Origin: an uncultured Bacteroidales bacterium
GTDB lineage: Bacteria > Bacteroidota > Bacteroidia > Bacteroidales > UBA3663
Assembly: GCA_902770595.1 (NCBI GenBank)
Contig: CACXTQ010000007.1
Span: 237-64,236, forward strand
Direction: 5' to 3'
Length of the DNA stretch: 64,000 bases
The position numbers were made by a program, and so were the translations under genes. Under the pieces are notes generated by a model, which was given only the letters and a program-made list of their open reading frames with translations, was not told the origin of the DNA and ran no database searches. Below are positions 53,114 through 63,396 of this stretch, piece by piece (the stretch's first letter is position 1; each line of letters begins with the position of its first letter).

Positions 53114-53899
53114 CTATGGTGAAACATAAAGTTTATAGCGGCGATTGAGCCATTCGAAGAGGGCGATGCCGACCAGTGAAACAATGATACCGGCAATCAC
53201 ATCGATGATGTAGTGATGCGCCGAATAGACGGCAGCAAACCATGTGCCCAGGGTAATGAGCCAGAATATCAGGAGCACCCAACGATTGGCTCGATAACGC
53301 ATTGCATAGAGCGTCGCGATAAACATATAGGCGGCATGCAACGAAGGCATGGCTGCAAAGACGTTGGCGTTCTTGTCGTAGAAAGCATGATAGAACGGGA
53401 CGTGGGTCAAGGCATCGAAACGTGCCAAGCCCGCGCAACTGCCGGGTGTGGTGAAGTCAGCCTCGAAGCCGTGATTGATGACATACCACGGCGGGGCAGC
53501 GGGATGCACATAATAGATGACGAAGCCCACAAGATTGACCATCAGGAATCCCCAGCCCATGCGCAAAGCCCGGTCGATGCGTCCCTCACGAGTCAGCCAA
53601 AGGGCATAGCCCATCGGGACAGGCAACCAGCACAGATAACTGAAACCCGCTATCAGATCGAGCAACGCATGATGGTGGTGCTGGAAGTAGGCTCCGGGAA
53701 TCACCTTCGTCGCTCCGTCCATAATGCCGAAGAGTTGCAACTCGAGATCGTGAAGAGGTTTCAGATCAATCGAACTGACGTTGTAGTTGGGATAGAGGCC
53801 CAACGACCCGTAGATGGCAAAATAGACAAAGAACGGCAAGAGAGCCAGCACATAGGTTGCGATGCTGATGTCGTAATATCTTTTAGATTTAGATCTCAT
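53114..53899 (-). CDS. Inositol phosphorylceramide synthase-like (Aur1/PAP2_3)
   Basis: HPAAPPWY, AGLARFD, FAAMPSLH, HHYIID..AG. Confidence 0.88.
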   Translation of the reverse strand: MRSKSKRYYDISIATYVLALLPFFVYFAIYGSLGLYPNYNVSSIDLKPLHDLELQLFGIMDGATKVIPGAYFQHHHHALLDLIAGFSYLCWLPVPMGYALWLTREGRIDRALRMGWGFLMVNLVGFVIYYVHPAAPPWYVINHGFEADFTTPGSCAGLARFDALTHVPFYHAFYDKNANVFAAMPSLHAAYMFIATLYAMRYRANRWVLLIFWLITLGTWFAAVYSAHHYIIDVIAGIIVSLVGIALFEWLNRRYKLYVSP

Positions 53900-53958
53900 A
53901 ATCCATTCTAATTACATCTTACGTCTAACATCTAACATCTTCCTTCTGACATCTTCCA

Positions 53959-55215
53959 TCATTTCCCTAGAACGATGCGGAAACCGCAGTGCATGATGAC
54001 GCTTTGCAGATTCTCGGCATCTCTCGATCCACGCGTATATTCCTGACGGCTGGCCGAACCGAAGGCTGATGTGCTAGACTGATACCACGAGCCTCCACGC
54101 AGGACGAGTGTATCGCCCTCGTAGAAGTTGGCGGCATGCAACGGCAGATGACGTGCATTGAACGCGCCATCGGCAATGCTGTCGCGATAGGTGTAGCGAT
54201 AGTAGGTATTGAGCACCCATTCGGATACGTTACCCGCCATATCGTAGAGCCCTAATTCATTGGGCTCCAATTCGCCATGAGGATGCATACCAAAGTTCTT
54301 GGCTCCCAGACCTATGGTGAACGCATTACCCGCATTCCATGCCACATCGTTGTAGGTGTCGCTGCCTGGATAACGGAAACCGCGGCTGTACATACCACCA
54401 CGAGCTGCACATTCCCATTCGGCCTCGGTAGGCAGACGGAAGCGATAGCCTTCGCTGTTGGGCATGTTGCAGAGCTGGTTCAGACGCTCGCAGAAAGCCA
54501 CGGCATCTGCGTACCACACATTGTAGGCGGGATAGTTGTCGCCGCGACCTACGGCAGCATACCAGGCGCTGTCGCGACGGTCGTTGGCCTGCACTTCGAT
54601 GCAGCGACGTCCCGTAGGCCAATTGCCCTCGCCCATCACGGCAGTCCATTCGGCTTGTGAAACCTCATACATGCCGATGTAGTAGTCGTTGGCCATGCTC
54701 ATCTCGGTCACAGGGCCTACCCAAAGGTGTCCGTTGTCAAGACCCGTAGCATCAGGCATACGATAGATTTGGGTAAAATAGATTGTATCGACTTTCACCG
54801 ATCCATTGGGGAGAGTGTGGCGATAGGAACGCTTGTCGGTGAGATGTACGTAATCGACAAACGGATTGTTCTTGGTGAAGGAGATCGCACCATTCTCATC
54901 GGTGTAGGCTGTAAGCTTCATCGAATCGCGCACTGTCGTATAGGACGTATTGTAGTTGGCACGAGAGGCCGAACGCGACTGAGCGCCCATATAGAACTGG
55001 CAAGCCTCGACCTTCACCATATTGTCGAGCAGACGACCGATGACAGTGCGCTGCGATTCGGTCAGTGAGTTGCTCAGATTGACCTTGCCCACCGAGTAGT
55101 ATTGGGCAGTGTAGTCGAGCGACGGATCGTCGGCATCACAAGCCGACAGGAAAAACATGCCCAAAAGGGCAATACAAAGTGTAGTATATTTGTTCATTAA
55201 CGTTTTATTGGCCAT
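53959..55215 (-). CDS. FGE-sulfatase (SUMF1)-domain lipoprotein
   Basis: Lipobox LSAC; YEVSQ..W, RLPTEAEWE.AARGG, PNELGLYDM.GNV.EW, RGGSW, GFRIV. Confidence 0.88.
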   Translation of the reverse strand: MANKTLMNKYTTLCIALLGMFFLSACDADDPSLDYTAQYYSVGKVNLSNSLTESQRTVIGRLLDNMVKVEACQFYMGAQSRSASRANYNTSYTTVRDSMKLTAYTDENGAISFTKNNPFVDYVHLTDKRSYRHTLPNGSVKVDTIYFTQIYRMPDATGLDNGHLWVGPVTEMSMANDYYIGMYEVSQAEWTAVMGEGNWPTGRRCIEVQANDRRDSAWYAAVGRGDNYPAYNVWYADAVAFCERLNQLCNMPNSEGYRFRLPTEAEWECAARGGMYSRGFRYPGSDTYNDVAWNAGNAFTIGLGAKNFGMHPHGELEPNELGLYDMAGNVSEWVLNTYYRYTYRDSIADGAFNARHLPLHAANFYEGDTLVLRGGSWYQSSTSAFGSASRQEYTRGSRDAENLQSVIMHCGFRIVLGK

Positions 55216-55409
55216 ATTTCGGACGCAAAGTTACTAAATTCCCACCAAACGGCAAAATTTACGCGCGCGTTTTAATAGATTTTTACACGAAAATGCTGAC
55301 AGATGGCACAAATTAGCACTTTATTTTGGCAATTTAATCATTTAATTGGGCAAGAATGATGCTTCAATCATATTTTTTGCGTATCTTTGCAAGGTCATAT
55401 TCCAAAGAA

Positions 55410-55459
55410 TCCGAATACTCGGAGTGCTCAGAATACTCCGAATACTCAGAATACTCCGA
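55410..55459. repeat. 9-bp tandem repeat in addA leader
   Basis: TCCGAATAC/TCGGAGTGC/TCAGAATAC units x5.5. Confidence 0.8.
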
Positions 55460-55468
55460 CCTCCTAAT

Positions 55469-58400
55469 ATGTCCATCACCCAAGATAAACAACATCCGCT
55501 CAACATCTACCGTGCCTCGGCAGGTTCGGGAAAGACGCACCTGCTCACAGGATTCTATCTCAAACTCATCTTTTCGCCGCAACTACTGCCCGAAATCCAC
55601 TCGGGCGAATTGAAGTTCAGCGAAATACTGGCAGTGACCTTCACCAACAAGGCCACGGGCGAAATGAAGAACCGCATCATCGACCAGCTATTTCTCCTCA
55701 GCCAGGACCCCTCTCATTCCGACTATTTCGATGACATTACCCCGGCCTTTGCCAAAGGAGACCTCTCCGACCCCACCGAGCACCAACGCGTCAGCGATGT
55801 CATCCGTGACAAGGCCACCCGACTGCTCGTACAGATTCTGAACGAATATTCATCGTTCAACATCTCGACCATCGACAGTTTCTTCCAACGCATCGTCCGC
55901 AGTTTTGCCCGCGAACTCAATATCCCGGGCAACTACGAGGTGGAACTCGATTCCAACCGTGTGCTTGAAGCTGCGGTCACCAACTTCCTCGACAAACTCA
56001 ACAGCAAAGACGATCCGCACCTGTTCAAATGGATGATTCGATTCTCGGAAAAACGCATTGAGGAAGGCTCGGGATGGGATTTCCGAAGCAGCCTTATCTC
56101 CTTGGCAAAGAAAATCTTGGGAAGCGAAATTTACCGTCAACACAGCGATGCCATCCGTGCCTTCACCTCCGACAAGGAACAACTCGGAAAATATGCCCAG
56201 ATGCTCGACGAACTGGTGCGTAATTGGCGCAAATCGGCCAAATCATTGGGCGAACAGGGCAAGCAGCTGATAGAGCAAAACGGTCTGCAACCCACCGATT
56301 TTGCATGGAAAGGTTCAGGTACCATATCATATTTCGACAAACTTCTTGCAGGCAGTTCCGAACAACCATCTCCGCGTTTCGTCGATGTTGCAGAAAACTC
56401 TGACAAACTGTTCAAGAACAAGGATATTCCACAGAACGTCAAGGATGCATTCCAGCAACTGATGCAGCAGTGCATCGCCCTGACCTCGGGCGACACCTAC
56501 AAGAACTTCCTCACCGCTCGTGTCATCCAGAGCAACTTTTACGAACTGGGCATCCTCGCCAACATTGACAAGGAAGTGACCGCCTACTGCAACGAGCAGA
56601 ACATCATGCTGCTGAGTTCCACCACCGAGATGCTTTCGCGACTCATCGACAAGGACGATGCTCCCTTCATTTACGAAAAGACGGGCACACGCATCCATTC
56701 GTATATGATCGACGAATTCCAGGACACTTCGGGGATGCAGTGGGGCAACTTCAAACCCCTGCTCTGCAACTCTCTTGCGCAAGGCTATCAGAATCTTATC
56801 GTCGGCGACGTCAAGCAGAGTATCTACCGATGGCGTGGTGGCGACTGGAACCTCCTGAACTCCGAGATCAACGATTTTGAGGCATGGGCGCACCACGACG
56901 ATTCCACCTCGCTCACCACCAACTGGCGATCGTTGCCCGCCATCGTGCAGTTCAACAATGCTTTCTTCCAAGACCTTGCTGCCAAGCTCGACCAGATGAT
57001 TGGCTCCGAGCGAATACGGGCCATCTATGCCGACGTCGAGCAAAGCATCGCGCCTCCCAAACGGGGCGACGACAAACCCCAAGGTTATGTCAACGTGAGT
57101 TTTTTGGAACCGAAGGACGAAGACGGCATTCCCATCAAATCGCCACACGTCGAAGACTTCATTGCCGAGGCTTCGCGACAACTGCCTTTGACCATCATCG
57201 AATTGCAGCAGAAGGGATTCCGACCCAGCGACATCGTCATCCTCTGCCGCAGGAACAAGGAATGCAGTTGGGTGGCCGAGGCCCTGCTTCGCTTCAAGAA
57301 CGAGCACCCCGATAGCCCTTATTGCATGGACATCATTTCGGGCGAAGCCTTACTGCTCTCAGCTCGTCCCGCCATACAGACGCTCATCCATCTGATGGCC
57401 CATCTGCTATCACCCGAATCCGACATCTTCTGTGCCATTGCCTGGTGCAGTTTCTTCCAACTCGATGGTAGCACCCCCGAAGAGGCCATCGAAAAATATT
57501 TCCAACTCGACAAGTCGAAGCGTGCCTTCCATCCCGAATTGGCCCACCGTCCCCTATATGAGATGACAGAGGAACTCATTGCCCTATTACCCGACAATGC
57601 TCGACAACAGGACGGCCCCTTCTTGCAAGCCTTCCGCGACATGGTGCTCGAATTCGTACAAACCAAGGGCAGCGACCTCTCGGCTTTCCTCGATTGGTGG
57701 ATGCAGACGGGTTGCAACAAGTCGATCACCACTCCGGCCGAACAGGATGCCATCCTCATCATGTCGATTCACAAGTCGAAAGGCCTAGGCAAACCTGCCG
57801 TCATCCTTCCTTATGCATCGTGGGACCTCGACCTGAGTACACGCAGCAACGACATCATCTGGTGCGAGCCCAAGGAACCGCCCTTCAAGGTCGAGCTCTC
57901 CGACCTTGGAACAGAGGGTCAGGACATCAATCAGAATATCCTTCTCCCCATCTCCTTGAACAGCGGACTGGACAAGACCATCTTCAAAGCCGATTATGCC
58001 GAGGAACGCGAACGTGTCGTCATCGACAATCTGAACACAGCCTATGTTGCATTTACTCGTGCAAAAGAGGCCCTCATCATTATGGTTCCGAAGTCCGAAA
58101 AGGCCGAAGGAAGTGGTTTGAAGGAAAGACTTCAACAATACTGCACCGCACAAGGCAATTCCAATGGACTCGTCCTTGGAGATTGGCCACGTTCCGACGA
58201 CTTTGCCACCGAACGCGAAACATCGACGTCTCCGACTTCAACGCTGGCAACCGTGGTTGTTCACCCTACCCGCTTGCCCAATCTCACCATCCTCCACGAC
58301 CCAGCCAAACCCGATATTACAGCCAAGGAGAAAGGCAACTACATCCATGCTGTCATGCAGGAGATACGCACCGCCGACGAAGCCCCCCAAGTCATAAGTG

Positions 58401-58753
58401 ATCTTTACGCACGTGGCGCTATCGACGAAACTGTCATTTCCGAGCCACAGATGCAGCAGACCATTGCCCGCATCCTTGCAATGCCCGAGGTAGCTCCCTG
58501 GTTCAGGCATGGCCTGCAAGTGCTCAACGAACTCACCATCATGAACACCCAAGGCGTTCAGGAACGTCCCGACCGCATTGTCATCACACCCAATGGACAC
58601 GCTATCGTCATCGACTTCAAGACCGGCAGCAACCATCCGGGATATCGCCGACAAGTGTCCCGCTATATGCGCCTCCTTCGACAATTGGGCTACACGTCAG
58701 TCTCAGGCTTCCTCCTTTTTATCAAGGACGAATCCATTGTCGAAGTCCGATAA
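55469..58753 (+). CDS. addA: UvrD/AddA-like helicase-nuclease
   Basis: ASAGSGKT, TFTNKA, STIDSF, IDEFQDT, VGDVKQSIY.WR, IHKSKGL, YVAFTRA, C-terminal PDRI..IDFKTG. Confidence 0.88.
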   Translation: MSITQDKQHPLNIYRASAGSGKTHLLTGFYLKLIFSPQLLPEIHSGELKFSEILAVTFTNKATGEMKNRIIDQLFLLSQDPSHSDYFDDITPAFAKGDLSDPTEHQRVSDVIRDKATRLLVQILNEYSSFNISTIDSFFQRIVRSFARELNIPGNYEVELDSNRVLEAAVTNFLDKLNSKDDPHLFKWMIRFSEKRIEEGSGWDFRSSLISLAKKILGSEIYRQHSDAIRAFTSDKEQLGKYAQMLDELVRNWRKSAKSLGEQGKQLIEQNGLQPTDFAWKGSGTISYFDKLLAGSSEQPSPRFVDVAENSDKLFKNKDIPQNVKDAFQQLMQQCIALTSGDTYKNFLTARVIQSNFYELGILANIDKEVTAYCNEQNIMLLSSTTEMLSRLIDKDDAPFIYEKTGTRIHSYMIDEFQDTSGMQWGNFKPLLCNSLAQGYQNLIVGDVKQSIYRWRGGDWNLLNSEINDFEAWAHHDDSTSLTTNWRSLPAIVQFNNAFFQDLAAKLDQMIGSERIRAIYADVEQSIAPPKRGDDKPQGYVNVSFLEPKDEDGIPIKSPHVEDFIAEASRQLPLTIIELQQKGFRPSDIVILCRRNKECSWVAEALLRFKNEHPDSPYCMDIISGEALLLSARPAIQTLIHLMAHLLSPESDIFCAIAWCSFFQLDGSTPEEAIEKYFQLDKSKRAFHPELAHRPLYEMTEELIALLPDNARQQDGPFLQAFRDMVLEFVQTKGSDLSAFLDWWMQTGCNKSITTPAEQDAILIMSIHKSKGLGKPAVILPYASWDLDLSTRSNDIIWCEPKEPPFKVELSDLGTEGQDINQNILLPISLNSGLDKTIFKADYAEERERVVIDNLNTAYVAFTRAKEALIIMVPKSEKAEGSGLKERLQQYCTAQGNSNGLVLGDWPRSDDFATERETSTSPTSTLATVVVHPTRLPNLTILHDPAKPDITAKEKGNYIHAVMQEIRTADEAPQVISDLYARGAIDETVISEPQMQQTIARILAMPEVAPWFRHGLQVLNELTIMNTQGVQERPDRIVITPNGHAIVIDFKTGSNHPGYRRQVSRYMRLLRQLGYTSVSGFLLFIKDESIVEVR

Positions 58754-58757
58754 AATA

Positions 58758-58786
58758 AGCCCCCGCCGTTTGGCGAGGGCTTTTCT
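58758..58786. terminator. Terminator between convergent genes
   Basis: AGCCCCCGCC-GTTT-GGCGAGGGCT-TTT. Confidence 0.75.
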
Positions 58787-58803
58787 ATTTATCAGTCAAT
58801 CAA

Positions 58804-60486
58804 TCAAAGATTGTTGAGCACGCTGGCAAACTTGGCGAACTCGAGGTCGTTCAGAGCCTTGTTCTTCAACGAGCTGTCCATACCGATAGCCTTGCGGAGG
58901 TTGTCACCCACGCTGGTAGCGTTGTTGGTGCGAGCAGCAACGATAGCCGACAGATAGTAGGTCATAGCGTTCTTGTCCTTGATGCCATCGAGGATCGACT
59001 TGGCAGCGCTGTAGTTCTTGTTGAGGATGTTGGCAACAGCAGCGTTGTTGGTCTTCACGTCACCGAAGCTCTGTACAGCCTGTGCATACTGGCCCTTGTT
59101 GGTGAGCAGGGTACCCATAGCCTCGCCATATTCAGCGCAATCACCAGCCTTGCCGAGATAAGTCTGGGCAGCCTGCCAATCGCCATTGTTCATGGCAACG
59201 AGACCCATGTTGAGGTTAGCCTGTGGGTTGTTGGCGTCCTTGTTGAGGATGCTCTTCCAAAGGTTCTCAGCATCAGCATACTTGCCCTGGGTGTAGTAGA
59301 GGTCAGCCAGGTCGTTGGCAGCACGAAGGTCCTTGCCGAACTTGCCCTGGGTGTACTTGTAGATAGCCTCCTTCACATTGTCGTTCGACATGTTGGCAAG
59401 ATAGAGAAGCTCCTCAACGGTGAGTTCGTCCTTGCTGTTCTTCCAGAGGTCAGCAATCTCGTCATCGGTGTGGCCGATGTTGCGAACGGTAGCAGTAACC
59501 TTCGAATAACGAAGCTGTGGCAGAATCTCGTCAGCCAGCTCCTTGTAAGCAGCCGAAAGGTTGCGGATCTCCTGCTCGCGACGGTCAGGATCGCTGATGC
59601 GGCTCAGCACGTTCAGCACGAGCTGCTTGTCCTGGATGCTGCTGTTCTCAACGAGCTCCTTGAAGCCTTCCCAATCCTCAGCAATCTGCTCGGGAGTGAT
59701 CTGGCCCTGCATCTTGGCCTTCTTGAGGAACTTGTTCAAGTAAGCAGCCGAGCTCTTCTCACGACCTGCTGCCAGACGCTCGTTGAGCGAGTAGGCGCCT
59801 TCCGGAGAAGCGGTGCTGACCATGTCGAGGCCCTCGAACTCACGACGATCCTGGTTCTTGGTGGCAGTGATGGCAGCCTGCATGTCCTTCACCTCCTGCT
59901 TCTTCTCAGACTCCGAAGCACGAAGGTTGGTGCTCTGGTACTGGTAGATCATGGTGGCGATGTACTTGTCGAAGGTATCCTTCACGAAGTTGTCCTTGGC
60001 ATAGGCAGGGGTATTGCCGTAAGCAGAGCAGAGGCTCTCGGTGGCAATCACACCATCAGCGATATAAACACTAGGCAACTTGTAGGGCTTGCCCTTAACT
60101 TCGGCATCAAAGTCAAGACGGAGCTTCGAAGCAGCCATCTCGTCCTTGTAGAGGAATGAGCAGCGGAATGTACCAGTGCCACCATACTTGTAGTTGATCT
60201 CCTGGTCGTTGCCGCTAATCTTCTCGCCCTGGAAGGTTACGGGTGTGCCTGCGGTCTCGCCAGTGGCATACTCCAATACAGGAGTAATGGTGATGCTGGC
60301 CTTCTTGTTGAAGTACTTCTCGGGATAAGTCACAGTAACAGTTGCATTCACCTGGCCACCCTCCTCAACGAGGGGATTGGGATTGCAAACGAAATTGTCA
60401 GCAGTAAGCGGATCGAGCTTACCGCACGAAGTAACGGCAGCAAGCATAACTGCTGCGCCTGCGGTCAAAAAGACTTTCTTGATCAT
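58804..60486 (-). CDS. Conserved Bacteroidales TPR lipoprotein
   Basis: Lipobox VTSC; ASPEG..LNERLA..R OmpA-like motif; C-terminal TPR helices. Confidence 0.85.
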   Translation of the reverse strand: MIKKVFLTAGAAVMLAAVTSCGKLDPLTADNFVCNPNPLVEEGGQVNATVTVTYPEKYFNKKASITITPVLEYATGETAGTPVTFQGEKISGNDQEINYKYGGTGTFRCSFLYKDEMAASKLRLDFDAEVKGKPYKLPSVYIADGVIATESLCSAYGNTPAYAKDNFVKDTFDKYIATMIYQYQSTNLRASESEKKQEVKDMQAAITATKNQDRREFEGLDMVSTASPEGAYSLNERLAAGREKSSAAYLNKFLKKAKMQGQITPEQIAEDWEGFKELVENSSIQDKQLVLNVLSRISDPDRREQEIRNLSAAYKELADEILPQLRYSKVTATVRNIGHTDDEIADLWKNSKDELTVEELLYLANMSNDNVKEAIYKYTQGKFGKDLRAANDLADLYYTQGKYADAENLWKSILNKDANNPQANLNMGLVAMNNGDWQAAQTYLGKAGDCAEYGEAMGTLLTNKGQYAQAVQSFGDVKTNNAAVANILNKNYSAAKSILDGIKDKNAMTYYLSAIVAARTNNATSVGDNLRKAIGMDSSLKNKALNDLEFAKFASVLNNL

Positions 60487-60651
60487 AGTAAAAATTATTA
60501 GTTGATGTTTGATTTGATATGTTCTTTTACTGGATTTGTTGATGATTTGCCGATAATAATGCGCTGCAAAGATAATCAATTATTTCGAGAAATGTGCATC
60601 TTTCTCCAAATATTTCACAAATTTAGGCTATTTTTTTAATCTTTTAGTCAT

Positions 60652-61548
60652 TTATCGCATCTTATTGCGCGGATGATAGGTCAAAATCTCCTCACGCAGC
60701 ATCTGCCGATCCACCTTCGTGTAGATCTCGGTGGTTGAGATTTGCTCGTGTCCCAGCATCATCTGGATGGCTCGCAAATTGGCGCCGCCCTCCAGCAGAT
60801 GGGTGGCAAACGTGTGGCGGAAAGTGTGGGGCGACACCTCCTTCTGCACATTGGCCTCCTGGCAATAGCGCTTCACGATGTTGAAGACCATAATGCGCGA
60901 CAACTTCCTTCCGAAACGATTCAGGAAGACATAATCCTCGAAACCACGCTTCACGTCGAGTTCGTTGCGGAACAGGTAATAGTTATGGATTTCGCGCAAA
61001 GCACTTTCGGCAATTGGCACGATACGCTCCTTCCGACCCTTGCCGAAGACCTGGATAAAGCCCTCCTTTTCGAAGATGTGTCCAATGCGCAGTTCGGTGA
61101 GTTCACTTACGCGCAGACCGCAGGAATAGAGCGTCTCAAGGATGGCACGGTTGCGCTGTCCGTCACATGTCGTCGGGTCGGTAGCGGCAATCACACGGTT
61201 CACCTCGTCGAGCGTCAACACCGTCGGTACGTGCTCGGGCAACTTTGGCGAGTCGATGCAGTCGGTTGGATCTGCCTCCAGTTCTCCCTCCAACCGGAGA
61301 AAACGATAGTAACTGCGAATGCCTGCCAGTATGCGGTTCTGCGACGTTGGAGTGATGCCTACGTCGCGCAGTCCCCACAAGAACGTCTCGATATCCGACT
61401 GCTCCAAGGCCTCCAAGGGCTTGCCCAGGTTGTCGGCAAACTTCTGCAGTTTTTCGATGTCATGCAAGTATGCCTCCACCGAATTATCGGTCAAGTTACG
61501 TTCAAATTTGAGGTGCGAATAATATTTTGCCGCCTGTTTCTTGTCCAT
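60652..61548 (-). CDS. xerD: Chromosomal tyrosine recombinase XerD
   Basis: LYSCGLRVSEL, GKGRKERIVP, SPHTFRHTFATHLL, LGH..ISTTEIYT. Confidence 0.9.
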   Translation of the reverse strand: MDKKQAAKYYSHLKFERNLTDNSVEAYLHDIEKLQKFADNLGKPLEALEQSDIETFLWGLRDVGITPTSQNRILAGIRSYYRFLRLEGELEADPTDCIDSPKLPEHVPTVLTLDEVNRVIAATDPTTCDGQRNRAILETLYSCGLRVSELTELRIGHIFEKEGFIQVFGKGRKERIVPIAESALREIHNYYLFRNELDVKRGFEDYVFLNRFGRKLSRIMVFNIVKRYCQEANVQKEVSPHTFRHTFATHLLEGGANLRAIQMMLGHEQISTTEIYTKVDRQMLREEILTYHPRNKMR

Positions 61549-61737
61549 TTCAAAAAAATAGCCTATATTTGCAGCGCAAAAATACGCATTTTTTTGGTTA
61601 AAAACAAATATAGGGGAGTAAAAAAGTAGTAAAAGGGAAGTAAAAAGGGAGTAAAAGGGACAAATGTACAATTGAGTTCTACTCATAACCCTTCAAACCC
61701 CTCTTAACCCTTCAAACCCCTCTTAACCCTCGACCAT

Positions 61738-62232
61738 ATGCATATCCTCATCATCAACGGCCCCAACCTCAACCTCTTGGGCCATCGCGAACCCGGCATC
61801 TACGGTGCACAGACTTTCGAAGACTTCCTCGAAACACTGCGTCAGGCTTATCCTGATGTCCAGATCGACTACTTCCAGTCCAACCACGAAGGTGACATCA
61901 TCGACCGTATACACCTCGCAGGGTATGGTGACGATGCCAACCTTTCACTTCACTCGGACGCGACCAACGGGAGCAAATCTTCAAACCCCTCGCTTTGCGA
62001 CGGCATCATCCTCAATGCTGGCGCCTACACCCACACCTCCGTTGCCATCCACGATGCCATCAAGGCTGTACCGATTCCGACCATCGAGGTACACATCTCT
62101 AACGTCCACACGCGCGAAGAGTTCCGCCACCACTCCTTCATCTCACCCGTTGCCCACGGCATCATCGTAGGTTTCGGCATCGACGGATACCGCCTCGCCC
62201 TGGAAGGATTGCTCAAAATGCTCGCACGTTGA
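61738..62232 (+). CDS. aroQ: Type II 3-dehydroquinate dehydratase
   Basis: [43 protein letters not shown]. Confidence 0.95.
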   Translation: MHILIINGPNLNLLGHREPGIYGAQTFEDFLETLRQAYPDVQIDYFQSNHEGDIIDRIHLAGYGDDANLSLHSDATNGSKSSNPSLCDGIILNAGAYTHTSVAIHDAIKAVPIPTIEVHISNVHTREEFRHHSFISPVAHGIIVGFGIDGYRLALEGLLKMLAR

Positions 62233-62235
62233 CCG

Positions 62236-62916
62236 ATGGAAAAGAAACTACGTTACGAGGAACTCGACAATGCGCTTGACGAATACGTTCGTGCCCACAT
62301 CGACCCCGAGCCAGAACTGCTCCACCAGGTGCAGCGGCTTACGCACCTGCGACTGACCTATCCACGCATGTGTTCCGGTCACCTTCAGGGAAGACTGCTC
62401 AAAATGCTCTGTCAGCTTGCTGGTGCTCACCGCATCCTCGAACTGGGCACATTCAGCGGCTATAGTGCCCTCTCGATGGCTGAAGCCCTCACACCCGATC
62501 CCGTCACCGGGCGTTGCGAACTCCACACCATCGAAGTATTTGACGAACTCGAAGACTTCCTCCGCGACGTGATGCACCGAGCTGGAGATCTCGGCAAGTT
62601 GGTCCACCTTCATTTTGGTGATGCCCTCCAAATCATTCCTCAACTCGAAGGTCCCTTCGACGTAGTCTTCATCGATGCCGACAAACGAATCTACGACCAG
62701 TATTACGAACTCGTCATGCCCATCACCCGCCCCGGCGGACTCATTCTCGCCGACAACACCCTTTGGGATGGCAAGGTCCTCAATCCTAATCCTCCCGAAA
62801 GCGACGCCCAAACCATCGGCCTCCAGCGCTTCAACGACATCATAGCCCGAGATCCCCGCGTCCAGAAGGTCATCCTCCCCATGCGCGACGGCCTCACCCT
62901 CATCCGCAAACTATAA
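62236..62916 (+). CDS. SAM-dependent O-methyltransferase
   Basis: LELGTFSGYS, FD.VFIDADK, GG.ILADN.LW.G, RDGL. Confidence 0.92.
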   Translation: MEKKLRYEELDNALDEYVRAHIDPEPELLHQVQRLTHLRLTYPRMCSGHLQGRLLKMLCQLAGAHRILELGTFSGYSALSMAEALTPDPVTGRCELHTIEVFDELEDFLRDVMHRAGDLGKLVHLHFGDALQIIPQLEGPFDVVFIDADKRIYDQYYELVMPITRPGGLILADNTLWDGKVLNPNPPESDAQTIGLQRFNDIIARDPRVQKVILPMRDGLTLIRKL

Positions 62917-62978
62917 CCCTACATTGTCAATGCGGCAGCCATCCTTGGCTGCCAAGTATTAATAAAGAAACAACAACA

Positions 62979-63314
62979 ATGGAAAATACTCGATTAGACA
63001 AAGTGAACCGCCTGCTCGAAAAAGAGCTGGCTGAGATTCTCCGTCAGGAGACCGCCAAGACACGCGGCCTCCTCGTCAGCGTTAGCGCAGTGCGCACAGC
63101 ACCCGACCTGTCCTTCGCCAAGGTTTTCGTCAGTGTCTTCCCTTCTGACAAGGCTGCCGACACCGTCAAGAACCTTAACGACCACGTGAGTGGCATACGT
63201 GGTGCCCTCGGCAACAAAGTGCGCTACCAGCTCCGTGTCATCCCCGAACTGCGCTTCGACATCGACGACTCGCTCGATTACCTCGAGCGCATCGACGAGC
63301 TGCTAAAGAAGTAG
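62979..63314 (+). CDS. rbfA: Ribosome-binding factor A
   Basis: DLS.AKVFVS, LR.IPELRF..D.S. Confidence 0.95.
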   Translation: MENTRLDKVNRLLEKELAEILRQETAKTRGLLVSVSAVRTAPDLSFAKVFVSVFPSDKAADTVKNLNDHVSGIRGALGNKVRYQLRVIPELRFDIDDSLDYLERIDELLKK

Positions 63315-63396
63315 CCCGTTTCATCCCCACCGTTCTTTCCCTGCGTCCTTGTAGCAGCCGTTTTTTGGCTGCTACCTTTCAATAGCACACAGCACA

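Noticed and set aside
53959-55215. Diversity-generating retroelement target (C-type lectin/FGE fold)
   Set aside because: No reverse transcriptase and no adenine-variant template repeat visible in the window.
55346-55468. N-terminal RIL repeats of AddA
   Set aside because: Translation of the 9-bp leader microrepeat; the TATCTTTG promoter element at ~55382 lies downstream of the TTG, so the start is 55469.
60652-61548. Prophage or island integrase
   Set aside because: XerD-type sequence in core context next to aroQ, 45 kb from the prophage end.
61925-62000. ~20-aa insert in AroQ as an intein or mobile element
   Set aside because: Too short, no splicing motifs, in frame in a probable surface loop.
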